Part shown: in pieces, positions 40,561-56,400 of the stretch | Layout: the number at the start of each line of letters is the position of its first letter | Position numbering within the stretch: the first letter of the stretch is position 1 | Assembly: GCA_030390025.1 (NCBI GenBank) | Contig: JASTWF010000337.1 | Location: 248,001-312,000 of the forward strand | Direction of reading: 5' to 3' | Source: Squalus acanthias | Taxonomy: Eukaryota | Length of the DNA stretch: 64,000 nt | The notes under the pieces: generated by a model | Databases searched by the model: none | The model's input: the letters and a program-made list of their open reading frames with translations, nothing else | What the model was told of the DNA's origin: nothing | Position numbers and translations under genes: made by a program

Positions 40561-41499
40561 TGGACACGGAGCAGATAACTGGACAGGGAGCAGATAACTA
40601 GACACGGAGCAGATAACTGGACAAGGAGCAGATAACTGGACACGGAGCAGATAACTGGACACGGAGCAGATAACTGGACACGGAGCAGATAACTGGACAC
40701 GGAGCAGATAACTGGACACGGAGCTGATAACTGGACAAGGAACTGATAACTGGACAAGGAACTGATAACTGGACAAGGAGCTGATAACTGGACAATGAGC
40801 AGATAACTGGACAAGGAGCAGATAACTGGACAGGAAACGGATAACTGGACAAGGAGTAGATTACTGGACAAGGAGCAGATAACGGGACAAGGAGCAGATA
40901 ACTGGACAAGGAACTGATAACTGGACAAGGAACAGATAACTGGACAAGGAGCAGATAACTGGAGAAGGAACTGATAACTGGACAAATACTGATAACTGGA
41001 CAAGTAACTGATTACTGGAGATTGAACTGATAACTGGACAGTGAACTGATAACTGGACAAGGAACTGATAACTGGACAAGGAACTGATAACTGGACAAGG
41101 AACTGATAACTGGACAAGGAGCAGATAACTGAACAAGGAACTGATAACTGGAAAATGAGCAGATTACGGGACAAGGAGCAGATAAATGGACAAGGAGCAG
41201 ATAACTGGACAGGAAACTGATAACTGGACAAGGAGCAGATAACTGGACAGGAAACTGATAACTGGACAAGGAACTGATAATTGGACAGGGAGCAGTTAAC
41301 TGGACAAGGAACTGATAACTGGACAGGGAGCAGATAACTGGACAAGGAGCAGATAACTGGACAAGGAGCAGATAACTGGACAAGGAGCAGATAACTGGAC
41401 AAGGAGCAGATAACTGGAGTGGAAACTGATAACTGGACAAGGAGCAGATAACTGGACACGGAGCAGATAACTGGACACGGAGCAGATAACTGGACACGG

Positions 41500-44400
41500 A
41501 GCAGATAACTGGACAAGGAGCAGATAACTAGACACGGAGCAGATAACTGGATACGGAGCAGATAACTGGACACGGAGCAGATAACTGGACACGGAGCAGA
41601 TAACTGGACACGGAGCAGATAACTGGACACGGAGCAGATAACTGGACACGGAGCAGATAACTGGACACGGAGCAGATAACTGGACAAGGAGCAGATAACT
41701 GGAAAAGGAGCAGATAACTGGACACGGAGCAGATAACTGGACACGGAGCAGATAACTGGACACGGAGCAGATAACTGGACACGGAGCAGATAACTGGACA
41801 AGGAGCAGATAACTGGACAAGGAACTGATAACTGGACAAGGAGCAGATAACTGGACAAGGAACTGATAACTGGACAAGGAACTGATAACTGGACAAGGAA
41901 CTGATAACTGGACATGGAGTAGAAAACTGGACAAGGAACTGATAACTGGACAAGGAGCAGATAACTGGAGAAGGAACTGATAACTGGACAAATACTGATA
42001 ACTGGACAAGGAGCAGATTACTGGACAAGGAGCAGATAACGGGACAAGGAGCAGATAACTGGACAAGGAACTGATAACTGGACAAGGAACTGATAACTGG
42101 ACAAGGAACAGATAACTGGAGAAGGAACTGATAACTGGACATGGAGTAGAAAACTGGACAAGGAACTGATTACTGGAGTTTGAACTGATAACTGGACAGT
42201 GAACTGATAACTGGACAAGGAACTGATAACTGGACAAGGAACTGATAACTGGACAAGGAGCAGATAACTGAACAAGGAACTGATAACTGGAAAAGGAGCA
42301 GATTACGGGAGAAGGAACTGATAACTGGACAAGGAGTAGATTACTGGACAAGGAACTGATCACTGGACAAGGAGCAGATAATTGGACAAGGAGCAGATAA
42401 CTGGACAAGGAGCAGATAACTGGACAAGGAGCAGATAACTGGACAGGAAACTGATAACTGGACAAGGAACTGATAATTGGACAGGGAGCAGTTAACTGGA
42501 CAAGGAACTGATAACTGGACAGGGAGCAGATTACTGGACAAGGAGCAGATAACTGGACAATGAGCAGATAACTGGACAAGGAGCAGATAACTGGACAAGG
42601 AGCAGATAACTGGACAAGGAGCAGATTACTGGACAAGGAGCAGATAACTGGACAATGAGCAGATAACTGGACAAGGAGCAGATAACTGGACAAGGAGCAG
42701 ATTACTGGACAAGGAGCAGATAACTGGACAATGAGCAGATAACTGGACAAGGAGCAGATAACTGGACACGGAGCAGATAATTGGACACGGAGCAGATAAC
42801 TGGAAAAGGAGCAGATAACTGGACAAGGAGCAGATAACTGGAGTGGAAACTGATAACTGGACATGGAGCAGATAACTGGACAAGGAGCAGATAACTGGAC
42901 ACGGAGCAGATAACTGGACAAGGAACTGATAACTGGACAAGGCACTGATAACTGGACAAGGAGCAGATAACTGGAAAAGGAGCAGATAACTGGACAAGGA
43001 GCAGATAACTGGACAAGGAACTGATAACTGGACAAGGAACTGATAACTGGACAAGGAGCAGATAACAGGACAAGGAACTGATAACTGGACAAGGAGCAGA
43101 TAACTGGACAAGGAGCAGATACTGGACAGGAAACTGATAACTGGACAAGGAGCAGATTACTGGACAAGGAGCAGATAACTGGACAAGGAACTGATAACTG
43201 GACAAGGAACTGATAACTGGACAGGGAGCAGATAGCTGGACAGGGAGCAGATAGCTGGACAGGGAGCAGATAACTGGACAGGAAACTGATAACTGGAAAA
43301 GGAACTGATAATTGGACAGGGAGCAGTTAACTGGACAAGGAGCTGATAACTGGACAAGGAGCAGATAACTGGACAAGGAGCTGATAACTGGACAAGGAAC
43401 TGATAACTGGACAAGGAACTGATAACTGGACAAGGAACTGATAACTGGACAAGGAACTGATAACTGGACAAGGAACTGATAACTGGACAAGGAACTGATA
43501 ACTGGACAAGGAACTGATAACTGGACAAGGAACTGATAACTGGACAAGGAACTGATAACTGGACAAGGAACTGATAACTGGACAAGGTACTGATAACTGG
43601 ACAAGGAACTGATAACTGGACAAGGAACTGATAACTGGACAAGGAACTGATAACTGGACAAGGATCTGATAACTGGACAAGGAACTGATAACTGGACAAG
43701 GAGCAGATAACTGGACAAGGAACTGATAACTGGACAAGGAACTGATAACTGGACAAGGAGCAAAAAACTGGACAAGGAACTGATAACTGGACAAGGAACT
43801 GATAACTGGACAAGGAACTGATAACTGGACAAGGAGCAGATAACAGGACAAGGAACTGATAACTGGACACGGAGCAGATAACTGGACACGGAGCAGATAA
43901 CTGGACACGGAGCAGATAACTGGACACGGAGCAGATAACTGGACACGGAGCAGATAACTGGACACGGAGCAGATAACTGGACACGGAGCAGATAACTGGA
44001 CACGGAGCTGATAACTGGACAAGGAACTGATAACTGGACAAGGAACTGATAACTGGACAAGGAGCTGATAACTGGACAGGGAGCTGATAACTGGACAGGA
44101 ACTGATAACTGAACAAGGCACTGATAACTGGACAATGAGCAGATAACTGGACAAGGAGCAGATAACTGGACAGGAAACGGATAACTGGACAAGGAGTAGA
44201 TAACGGGACAAGGAGCAGATAACGGGACAAGGAGCAGATAACTGGACAAGGAACTGATAACTGGACAAGGAACAGATAACTGGACAAGGAACTGATAACT
44301 GGACAAGGAACAGATAACTGGACAAGGAGCAGATAACTGGAGAAGGAACTGATAACTGGACAAATACTGATAACTGGACAAGTAACTGATTACTGGAGAT

Positions 44401-47400
44401 TGAACTGATAACTGGACAAGGAACTGATAACTGGACAAGGAACTGATAACTGGACAAGGAACTGATAACTGGACAAGGAACTGATAACTGGACAAGGAAC
44501 TGATAACTGGACAAGGAGCAGATAACTGAACAAGGAACTGATAACTGGAAAAGGAGCAGATTACGGGACAAGGAGCAGATAAATGGACAAGGAGCAGATA
44601 ACTGGACAAGGAGCAGATAACTGGACAGGAAACTGATAACTGGACAAGGAGCAGATAACTGGACAGGAAACTGATAACTGGACAAGGAACTGATAATTGG
44701 ACAGGGAGCAGTTAACTGGACAAGGAGCAGATAACTGGAAAAGGAGCAGATAACTGGACAAGGAGCAGATAACTGGACAAGGAGCAGATAACTGGACAAG
44801 GAGCAGATAACTGGACACGGAGCAGATAATTGGACAAGGAGCAGATAACTGGAGCGGAAACTGATAACTGGACAAGGAGCAGATAACTGGAAAAGGAGCA
44901 GATAACTGGACAAGGAGCAGATAACTGGAGTGGAAACTGATAACTGGACAAGGAGCAGATAACTGGACAAGGAGCAGATAACTAGACACGGAGCAGATAA
45001 CTAGACACGGAGCAGATAACTAGACACGGAGCAGATAACTGGACAAGGAACTGATAACTGGACAAGGCACTGATAACTGGACAAGGAACTGATAACTGGA
45101 CAAGGAACTGATAACTGGACAGGGGCAGATAACAGGACAAGGAGCAGATAACTGGACAAGGAGCAGATAACTGGACAAGGAGCAGATAACTGGACAGGAA
45201 ACTGATAACTGGACAAGGAGCAGATTACTGGACAAGGAGCAGATAACTGGACAAGGAACTGATAACTGGAAAAGGAACTGATAACTGGACAAGGAACTGA
45301 TAACTGGACAAGGAACTGATAACTGGACAAGGAACTGATAACTGGACAAGGAACTGATAACTGGAGAAGGAGCAAAAAACTGGACTCGGAACTGATAATT
45401 GGACAAGGAACTGATAACTGGACAAAGAACTGATAACTGGACAAGGATCAGATAACTGGACAAGGAACTGATAACTGGACAAATACTGATAACTGGACAA
45501 GGAACTGATTACTGGAGATTGAACTGATAACTGGACAGTGAACTGATAACTGGACAAGGAACTGATAAGTGGACAAGGAACTGATAACTGGTCAAGGAAC
45601 TGATAACTGGACAAGGAACTGAAAACTGGACAAGGAGCAGATAACTGGACAAGGAGCAGATAACTGGACAAAAAAAAGATAACTGGACAAAAAAAAGATA
45701 ACTGGACAAGGAGCAGATAACTGGACGAGGAGCAGATAACTGGACGAGGAGCAGATAACTGGACAAGGAGCAGATAACTGGACAAAAAAAAGATAACTGG
45801 ACAAAAAAAAGATAACTGGACAAGGAGCAGATAACTGGACGAGGAGCAGATAACTGGACGAGGAGCAGATAACTGGACAAGGAGCAGATAACTGGACAGG
45901 CAACTGATAACTGGACAAGGAACAGATAATTGGACAGGGAGCAGATAACTGGACAAGGAGCAGATAACTGGACAAAAAAAAGATAACTGGACAAAAAAAA
46001 GATAACTGGACAAGGAGCAGATAACTGGACAAGGAGCAGATAACTGGACGAGGAGCAGATAACTGGACGAGGAGCAGATAACTGGACAAGGAGCAGATAA
46101 CTGGACAAGGAGCAGATAACTGGACAAGGAACAGATAACTGGACACGGAGCAGATAACTGGACAAGGAGCAGTTAACTGGACAAGGAGCAGATAACTGGA
46201 CAAGGAGCAGATAACTGGACAAGGAGCAGATAACTGGAGAGGAAACTGATAACTGGACAAGGAGCAGATAACTGGACAAGGAGCAGATAACTGGACACGG
46301 AGCAGATAACTGGACACGGAGCAGATAACTGGACACGGAGCAGATAACTGGACACGGAGCAGATAACTGGACACGGAGCAGATAACTGGACACGGAGCAG
46401 ATAACTGGACACGGAGCAGATAACTAGACACGGAGCAGATAACTGGACACGGAGCAGATAACTGGACACGGAGCAGATAACTGGACACGGAGCAGATAAC
46501 TGGACACGGAGCAGATAACTGGACACGGAGCAGATAACTGGACAAGAAGCAGATAACTGGAAAAGGAGCAGATAACTGGACACGGAGCAGATAACTGGAC
46601 ACGGAGCAGATAACTGGACACGGAGCAGATAACTGGACACGGAGCAGATAACTGGACACGGAGCAGATAACTGGACAAGGAGCAGATAACTGGACACGGA
46701 GCAGATAACTGGACACGGAGCAGATAACTGGACACGGAGCAGATAACTGGACACGGAGCAGATAACTGGACAAGGAGCAGATAACTGGACAAGGAACTGA
46801 TAACTGGACAAGGAGCTGATAACTGGACAAGGAACTGATAACTGGACAAGGAACTGATAACTGGACAAGGAACTGATAACTGGACATGGAGTAGAAAACT
46901 GGACAAGGAACTGATAACTGGACAAGGAGCAGATAACTGGAGAAGGAACTGATAACTGGACAAATACTGATAACTGGACAAGGAGCAGATTACTGGACAA
47001 GGAGCAGATAACGGGACAAGGAGCAGATAACTGGACAAGGAACTGATAACTGGACAAGGAACTGATAACTGGACAAGGAACAGATAACTGGAGAAGGAAC
47101 TGATAACTGGACATGGAGTAGAAAACTGGACAAGGAACTGATTACTGGAGATTGAACTGATAACTGGACAGTGAACTGATAACTGGACAAGGAACTGATA
47201 ACTGGACAAGGAACTGATAACGGGACAAGGAGCAGATAACTGAACAAGGAACTGATAACTGGAAAAGGAGCAGATTACGGGAGAAGGAACTGATAACTGG
47301 ACAAGGAGTAGATTACTGGACAAGGAACTGATCACTGGACAAGGAGCAGATAATTGGACAAGGAGCAGATAACTGGACAAGGAGCAGATAACTGGACAAG

Positions 47401-50400
47401 GAGCAGATAACTGGACAAGGAGCAGATAACTGGACAGGAAACTGATAACTGGACAAGGAACTGATAATTGGACAGGGAGCAGTTAACTGGACAAGGAACT
47501 GATAACTGGACAGGGAGCAGATTACTGGACAAGGAGCAGATAACTGGACAATGAGCAGATAACTGGACAAGGAGCAGATAACTGGACAAGGAGCAGATAA
47601 CTGGACAAGGAGCAGATAACTGGACACGGAGCAGATAATTGGACACGGAGCAGATAACTGGAAAAGGAGCAGATAACTGGAAAAGGAGCAGATAACTGGA
47701 GTGGAAACTGATAACTGGACAAGGAGCAGATAACTGGACAAGGAGCAGATAACTGGACAAGGAACTGATAACTGGACAAGGAGCAGATAACTGGACACGG
47801 AGCAGATAACTGGACAAGGAACTGATAACTGGACAAGGCACTGATAACTGGACAAGGAGCAGATAACTGGACAAGGAGCAGATAACTGGACAAGGAGCAG
47901 ATAACTGGACAAGGAACTGATAACTGGACAAGGAACTGATAACTGGACAAGGAGCAGATAACAGGACAAGGAACTGATAACTGGACAAGGAGCAGATAAC
48001 TGGACAAGGAGCAGATAACTGGACAGGAAACTGATAACTGGACAAGGAGCAGATTACTGGACAAGGAGCAGATAACTGGACAAGGAACTGATAACTGGAC
48101 AAGGAACTGATAACTGGACAAGGCACTGATAACTGGACAAGGAGCAGATAACTGGACAAGGAGCAGATAACTGGACAAGGAGCAGATAACTGGACAAGGA
48201 ACTGATAACTGGACAAGGAACTGATAACTGGACAAGGAGCAGATAACAGGACAAGGAACTGATAACTGGACAAGGAGCAGATAACTGGACAAGGAGCAGA
48301 TAACTGGACAGGAACTGATAACTGGACAAGGAGCAGATTACTGGACAAGGAGCAGATAACTGGACAAGGAACTGATAACTGGACAAGGAACTGATAACTG
48401 GACAAGGAACTGATAACTGGACAAGGAACTGATAACTGGACAAGGAACTGATAACTGGACAAGGAACTGATAACTGGACAAGGAGCAGATAACTGGATAG
48501 GAAACTGATAACTGGACAAGGAACTGATAACTGGACAAGGAACTGATAACTGGACAAGGAACTGATAACTGGACAAGGAGCAAAAAACTGGACTCGGAAC
48601 TGATAACTGGACAAGGAACTGATAACTGGACAAGGAACTGATAACTGGACAAGGAACTGAAAACTGGACAGGGAACTGATAACTGGACAAGGAGCAGATA
48701 ACTGGACATGGAGCAGATAACTGGACAAGGAGCAGATAACAGGACAAGGAACTGATAACTGGACAAGGAACTGATAACTGGACAAGGAACTGATAACTGG
48801 ACAAGGAGCAAAAAACTGGACTCGGAACTGATAACTGGACAAGGAACTGATAACTGGACAAGGAACTGATAACTGGACAAGGAACTGAAAACTGGACAGG
48901 GAACTGATAACTGGACAAGGAGCAGATAACTGGACATGGAGCAGATAACTGGACAAGGAGCAGATAACTGGACAGGAAACTGATAACTGCACAAGGAACT
49001 GATAATTGGACAGGGAGCAGATAACTGGACAAGGAGCAGATAACTGGACAAGGAGCAGATAACTGGACAAGGAGCAGATAACTGGACAAGGAGCAGATAA
49101 CTGGACAAGGAGCAGATAACTGGACAAGGAGCAGATAACTGGACAAGGAGCAGATAACTGGACAAGGAGCAGATAACTGGACAAGGAGCAGATAACTAGA
49201 CACAGAGCAGATAACTAGACACAGAGCAGATTACTGGACACGGAGCAGATTACTGGACAAGGAGCAGATAACTGGACAGGAAACTGATAACTGGAAAAGG
49301 AACAGATAACTGGACAAGGAACTGATAACTGGACAAGGAGCAGATAACTGGACAAGGAGCAGATAACTGGACAAGGAGCAGATAACTGGAGAGGAAACTG
49401 ATAACTGGACAAGGAGCAGATAACTGGACAAGGAGCAGATAACTGGACAAGGAGCAGATAACTAGACACGGAGCAGATAACTGGACAAGGAACTGATAAC
49501 AGGACAAGGTGCAGATAACAGGAAAAGGAACTGATAACTGGACAAGGAGCAGATAACTGGACAAGGAACTGATAACTGGACAAGGTGCAGATAACAGGAA
49601 AAGGAACTGATAACTGGACAAGGAGCAGATAACTGGACAAGGAGCAGATAACAGGGCAAGGAACTGATAACTGGACAAGGAGCAGATAACTGGACAGGAA
49701 ACTGATAACTGGACAGGGAGCAGATAAGCGGACAAGGAACTGATAACTGGACAAGGAACTGATAATTGGACAAGGAGCAGATAACTTGACAAGGAACTGA
49801 TAACTGGACAAGGAGCAGATGACTGGAGAAGGAGCAGATAACTGGAAAAGGAGCAGATAACTGGAAAAGGAGCAGATAAATGGACAAGGAACTGATAACT
49901 GGACAAGGAACTGATAACTGGACAAGGAACTGATAACTGGACAAGGAACTGATAACTGGACAAGGAACTGATAACTGGACAAGGAACTGATAACTGGACA
50001 ATGAGCAGATAACTGGACAAGGAGCAGATAACTGGACAAGGAGCAGATAACTGGACAGGAAACTGATAACTGGACAAGGAGCAGATTACTGGACAAGGAG
50101 CAGATAACTGGACAAGGAGCAGATAACTGGACAAGGAGCAGATAACTGGACAAGGAACTGATAACTGGAAAAGGAACTGATAACTGGACAAGGAACTGAT
50201 AACTGGACAAGGAACTGATAACTGGACAAGGAACTGATAACTGGACAAGGAACTGATAACTGGAGAAGGAGCAAAAAACTGGACTCGGAACTGATAATTG
50301 GACAAGGAACTGATAACTGGACAAAGAACTGATAACTGGACAAGGATCAGATAACTGGACAAGGAACTGATAACTGGACAAATACTGATAACTGGACAAG

Positions 50401-53400
50401 GAACTGATTACTGGAGATTGAACTGATAACTGGACAGTGAACTGATAACTGGACAAGGAACTGATAAGTGGACAAGGAACTGATAACTGGTCAAGGAACT
50501 GATAACTGGACAAGGAACTGAAAACTGGACAAGGAGCAGATAACTGGACAAGGAGCAGATAACTAGACACGGAGCAGATAACTGGACAAGGAGCAGATAA
50601 CTGGACAAGGAGCAGATAACTGGACAAGGAGCAGATAACTAGACACGGAGCAGATAACTGGACAAAAAAAAGATAACTGGACAAAAAAAAGATAACTGGA
50701 CAAGGAGCAGATAACTGGACGAGGAGCAGATAACTGGACGAGGAGCAGATAACTGGACAAGGAGCAGATAACTGGACAGGCAACTGATAACTGGACAGGG
50801 AACAGATAATTGGACAGGGAGCAGATAACTGGACAAGGAGCAGATAACTGGACAAAAAAAAGATAACTGGACAAAAAAAAGATAACTGGACAAGGAGCAG
50901 ATAACTGGACGAGGAGCAGATAACTGGACGAGGAGCAGATAACTGGACAAGGAGCAGATAACTGGACAGGCAACTGATAACTGGACAAGGAACAGATAAT
51001 TGGACAGGGAGCAGATAACTGGACAAGGAGCAGATAACTGGACAAAAAAAAGATAACTGGACAAAAAAAAGATAACTGGACAAGGAGCAGATAACTGGAC
51101 AAGGAGCAGATAACTGGACGAGGAGCAGATAACTGGACGAGGAGCAGATAACTGGACAAGGAGCAGATAACTGGACAAGGAGCAGATAACTGGACAAGGA
51201 ACAGATAACTGGACACGGAGCAGATAACTGGACACGGAGCAGATAACTGGAAAAGGAACAGATAACTGGACAAGGAGCAGATAACTGGACAAGGAGCAGA
51301 TAACTGGACAGGAAACTGATAACTGGACAAGGAGCAGTTAACTGGACAAGGAGCAGATAACTGGACAAGGAGCAGATAACTGGACAAGGAGCAGATAACT
51401 GGAGAGGAAACTGATAACTGGACAAGGAGCAGATAACTGGACAAGGAGCAGATAACTGGACACGGAGCAGATAACTGGACAGGGAGCAGATAACTGGACA
51501 AGGAGCAGATAACTGGACACGGAGCAGATAACTGGACACGGAGCAGATAACTGGACACGGAGCAGATAACTGGACACGGAGCAGATAACTGGACACGGAG
51601 CAGATAACTGGACACGGAGCAGATAACTGGACACGGAGCAGATAACTAGACACGGAGCAGATAACTGGACACGGAGCAGATAACTGGACACGGAGCAGAT
51701 AACTGGACACGGAGCAGATAACTGGACACGGAGCAGATAACTGGACACGGAGCAGATAACTGGACAAGAAGCAGATAACTGGAAAAGGAGCAGATAACTG
51801 GACACGGAGCAGATAACTGGACACGGAGCAGATAACTGGACACGGAGCAGATAACTGGACACGGAGCAGATAACTGGACACGGAGCAGATAACTGGACAC
51901 GGAGCAGATAACTGGACACGGAGCAGATAACTGGACACGGAGCAGATAACTGGACACGGAGCAGATAACTGGACACGGAGCAGATAACTGGACAAGGAGC
52001 AGTTAACTGGACAAGGAACTGATAACTGGACAAGGAGCTGATAACTGGACAAGGAACTGATAACTGGACAAGGAACTGATAACTGGACAAGGAACTGATA
52101 ACTGGACATGGAGTAGAAAACTGGACAAGGAACTGATAACTGGACAAGGAGCAGATAACTGGAGAAGGAACTGATAACTGGACAAATACTGATAACTGGA
52201 CAAGGAGCAGATTACTGGACAAGGAGCAGATAACGGGACAAGGAGCAGATAACTGGACAAGGAACTGATAACTGGACAAGGAACTGATAACTGGACAAGG
52301 AACAGATAACTGGAGAAGGAACTGATAACTGGACATGGAGTAGAAAACTGGACAAGGAACTGATTACTGGAGATTGAACTGATAACTGGACAGTGAACTG
52401 ATAACTGGACAAGGAACTGATAACTGGACAAGGAACTGATAACGGGACAAGGAGCAGATAACTGAACAAGGAACTGATAACTGGAAAAGGAGCAGATTAC
52501 GGGAGAAGGAACTGATAACTGGACAAGGAGTAGATTACTGGACAAGGAACTGATCACTGGACAAGGAGCAGATAATTGGACAAGGAGCAGATAACTGGAC
52601 AAGGAGCAGATAACTGGACAAGGAGCAGATAACTGGACAGGAAACTGATAACTGGACAAGGAACTGATAATTGGACAGGGAGCAGTTAACTGGACAAGGA
52701 ACTGATAACTGGACAGGGAGCAGATTACTGGACAAGGAGCAGATAACTGGACAATGAGCAGATAACTGGACAAGGAGCAGATAACTGGACAAGGAGCAGA
52801 TAACTGGACAAGGAGCAGATAACTGGACACGGAGCAGATAATTGGACACGGAGCAGATAACTGGAAAAGGAGCAGATAACTGGAAAAGGAGCAGATAACT
52901 GGAGTGGAAACTGATAACTGGACAAGGAGCAGATAACTGGACAATGAGCAGATAACTGGACACGGAGCAGATAACTGGACAAGGAACTGATAACTGGACA
53001 AGGCACTGATAACTGGACAAGGAGCAGATAACTGGACAAGGAGCAGATAACTGGACAAGGAGCAGATAACTGGACAAGGAACTGATAACTGGACAAGGAG
53101 CAGATAACAGGACAAGGAACTGATAACTGGACAAGGAACTGATAACTGGACAAGGAGCAGATAACTGGACAAGGAGCAGATAACTGGACAGGAAACTGAT
53201 AACTGGACAAGGAGCAGATTACTGGACAAGGAGCAGATAACTGGACAAGGAACTGATAACTGGACAAGGAACTGATAACTGGACAAGGAACTGATAACTG
53301 GACAAGGAACTGATAACTGGACAAGGAACTGATAACTGGACAAGGAACTGATAACTGGACAAGGAACTGATAACTGGACAAGGAACTGATAACTGGACAA

Positions 53401-56400
53401 GGAACTGATAACTGGACAAGGAACTGATAACTGGACAAGGAACTGATAACTGGACAAGGAACTGATAACTGGACAAGGAACTGATAAGTGGACAAGGAAC
53501 TGATAACTGGTCAAGGAACTGATAACTGGACAAGGAACTGAAAACTGGACAAGGAGCAGATAACTGGACAAGGAGCAGATAACTGGACAAGGAGCAGATA
53601 ACTGGACAAGGAGCAGATAACTGGACAAGGAGCAGATAACTGGACAAGGAGCAGATAACTGGACAAGGAGCAGATAACTAGACACGGAGCAGATAACTGG
53701 ACAAAAAAAAGATAACTGGACAAAAAAAAGATAACTGGACAAGGAGCAGATAACTGGACGAGGAGCAGATAACTGGACGAGGAGCAGATAACTGGACAAG
53801 GAGCAGATAACTGGACAGGCAACTGATAACTGGACAGGGAACAGATAATTGGACAGGGAGCAGATAACTGGACAAGGAGCAGATAACTGGACAAAAAAAA
53901 GATAACTGGACAAAAAAAAGATAACTGGACAAGGAGCAGATAACTGGACGAGGAGCAGATAACTGGACGAGGAGCAGATAACTGGACAAGGAGCAGATAA
54001 CTGGACAGGCAACTGATAACTGGACAAGGAACAGATAATTGGACAGGGAGCAGATAACTGGACAAGGAGCAGATAACTGGACAAAAAAAAGATAACTGGA
54101 CAAAAAAAAGATAACTGGACAAGGAGCAGATAACTGGACAAGGAGCAGATAACTGGACGAGGAGCAGATAACTGGACGAGGAGCAGATAACTGGACAAGG
54201 AGCAGATAACTGGACAAGGAGCAGATAACTGGACAAGGAACAGATAACTGGACACGGAGCAGATAACTGGAAAAGGAACAGATAACTGGACAAGGAGCAG
54301 ATAACTGGACAAGGAGCAGATAACTGGACAGGAAACTGATAACTGGACAAGGAGCAGTTAACTGGACAAGGAGCAGATAACTGGACAAGGAGCAGATAAC
54401 TGGACAAGGAGCAGATAACTGGAGAGGAAACTGATAACTGGACAAGGAGCAGATAACTGGACAAGGAGCAGATAACTGGACACGGAGCAGATAACTGGAC
54501 ACGGAGCAGATAACTGGACACGGAGCAGATAACTGGACACGGAGCAGATAACTGGACACGGAGCAGATAACTGGACACGGAGCAGATAACTAGACACGGA
54601 GCAGATAACTGGACACGGAGCAGATAACTGGACACGGAGCAGATAACTGGACACGGAGCAGATAACTGGACACGGAGCAGATAACTGGACACGGAGCAGA
54701 TAACTGGACAAGAAGCAGATAACTGGAAAAGGAGCAGATAACTGGACACGGAGCAGATAACTGGACACGGAGCAGATAACTGGACACGAGCAGATAACTG
54801 GACACGGAGCAGATAACTGGACACGGAGCAGATAACTGGACACGGAGCAGATAACTGGACACGGAGCAGATAACTGGACACGGAGCAGATAACTGGACAC
54901 GGAGCAGATAACTGGACACGGAGCAGATAACTGGACAAGGAGCAGTTAACTGGACAAGGAACTGATAACTGGACAAGGAGCTGATAACTGGACAAGGAAC
55001 TGATAACTGGACAAGGAACTGATAACTGGACAAGGAACTGATAACTGGACATGGAGTAGAAAACTGGACAAGGAACTGATAACTGGACAAGGAGCAGATA
55101 ACTGGAGAAGGAACTGATAACTGGACAAATACTGATAACTGGACAAGGAGCAGATTACTGGACAAGGAGCAGATAACGGGACAAGGAGCAGATAACTGGA
55201 CAAGGAACTGATAACTGGACAAGGAACTGATAACTGGACAAGGAACAGATAACTGGAGAAGGAACTGATAACTGGACATGGAGTAGAAAACTGGACAAGG
55301 AACTGATTACTGGAGATTGAACTGATAACTGGACAGTGAACTGATAACTGGACAAGGAACTGATAACTGGACAAGGAACTGATAACGGGACAAGGAGCAG
55401 ATAACTGAACAAGGAACTGATAACTGGAAAAGGAGCAGATTACGGGAGAAGGAACTGATAACTGGACAAGGAGTAGATTACTGGACAAGGAACTGATCAC
55501 TGGACAAGGAGCAGATAATTGGACAAGGAGCAGATAACTGGACAAGGAGCAGATAACTGGACAAGGAGCAGATAACTGGACAGGAAACTGATAACTGGAC
55601 AAGGAACTGATAATTGGACAGGGAGCAGTTAACTGGACAAGGAACTGATAACTGGACAGGGAGCAGATTACTGGACAAGGAGCAGATAACTGGACAATGA
55701 GCAGATAACTGGACAAGGAGCAGATAACTGGACAAGGAGCAGATAACTGGACAAGGAGCAGATAACTGGACACGGAGCAGATAATTGGACACGGAGCAGA
55801 TAACTGGAAAAGGAGCAGATAACTGGAAAAGGAGCAGATAACTGGAGTGGAAACTGATAACTGGACAAGGAGCAGATAACTGGACAATGAGCAGATAACT
55901 GGACACGGAGCAGATAACTGGACAAGGAACTGATAACTGGACAAGGCACTGATAACTGGACAAGGAGCAGATAAATGGACAAGGAGCAGATAACTGGACA
56001 AGGAGCAGATAACTGGACAAGGAACTGATAACTGGACAAGGAACTGATAACTGGACAAGGAGCAGATAACAGGACAAGGAACTGATAACTGGACAAGGAA
56101 CTGATAACTGGACAAGGAGCAGATAACTGGACAAGGAGCAGATAACTGGACAGGAAACTGATAACTGGACAAGGAGCAGATTACTGGACAAGGAGCAGAT
56201 AACTGGACAAGGAACTGATAACTGGACAAGGAACTGATAACTGGACAAGGAACTGATAACTGGACAAGGAACTGATAACTGGACAAGGAACTGATAACTG
56301 GACAAGGAACTGATAACTGGACAAGGAACTGATAACTGGACAAGGAACTGATAACTGGACAAGGAACTGATAACTGGACAAGGAACTGATAACTGGACAA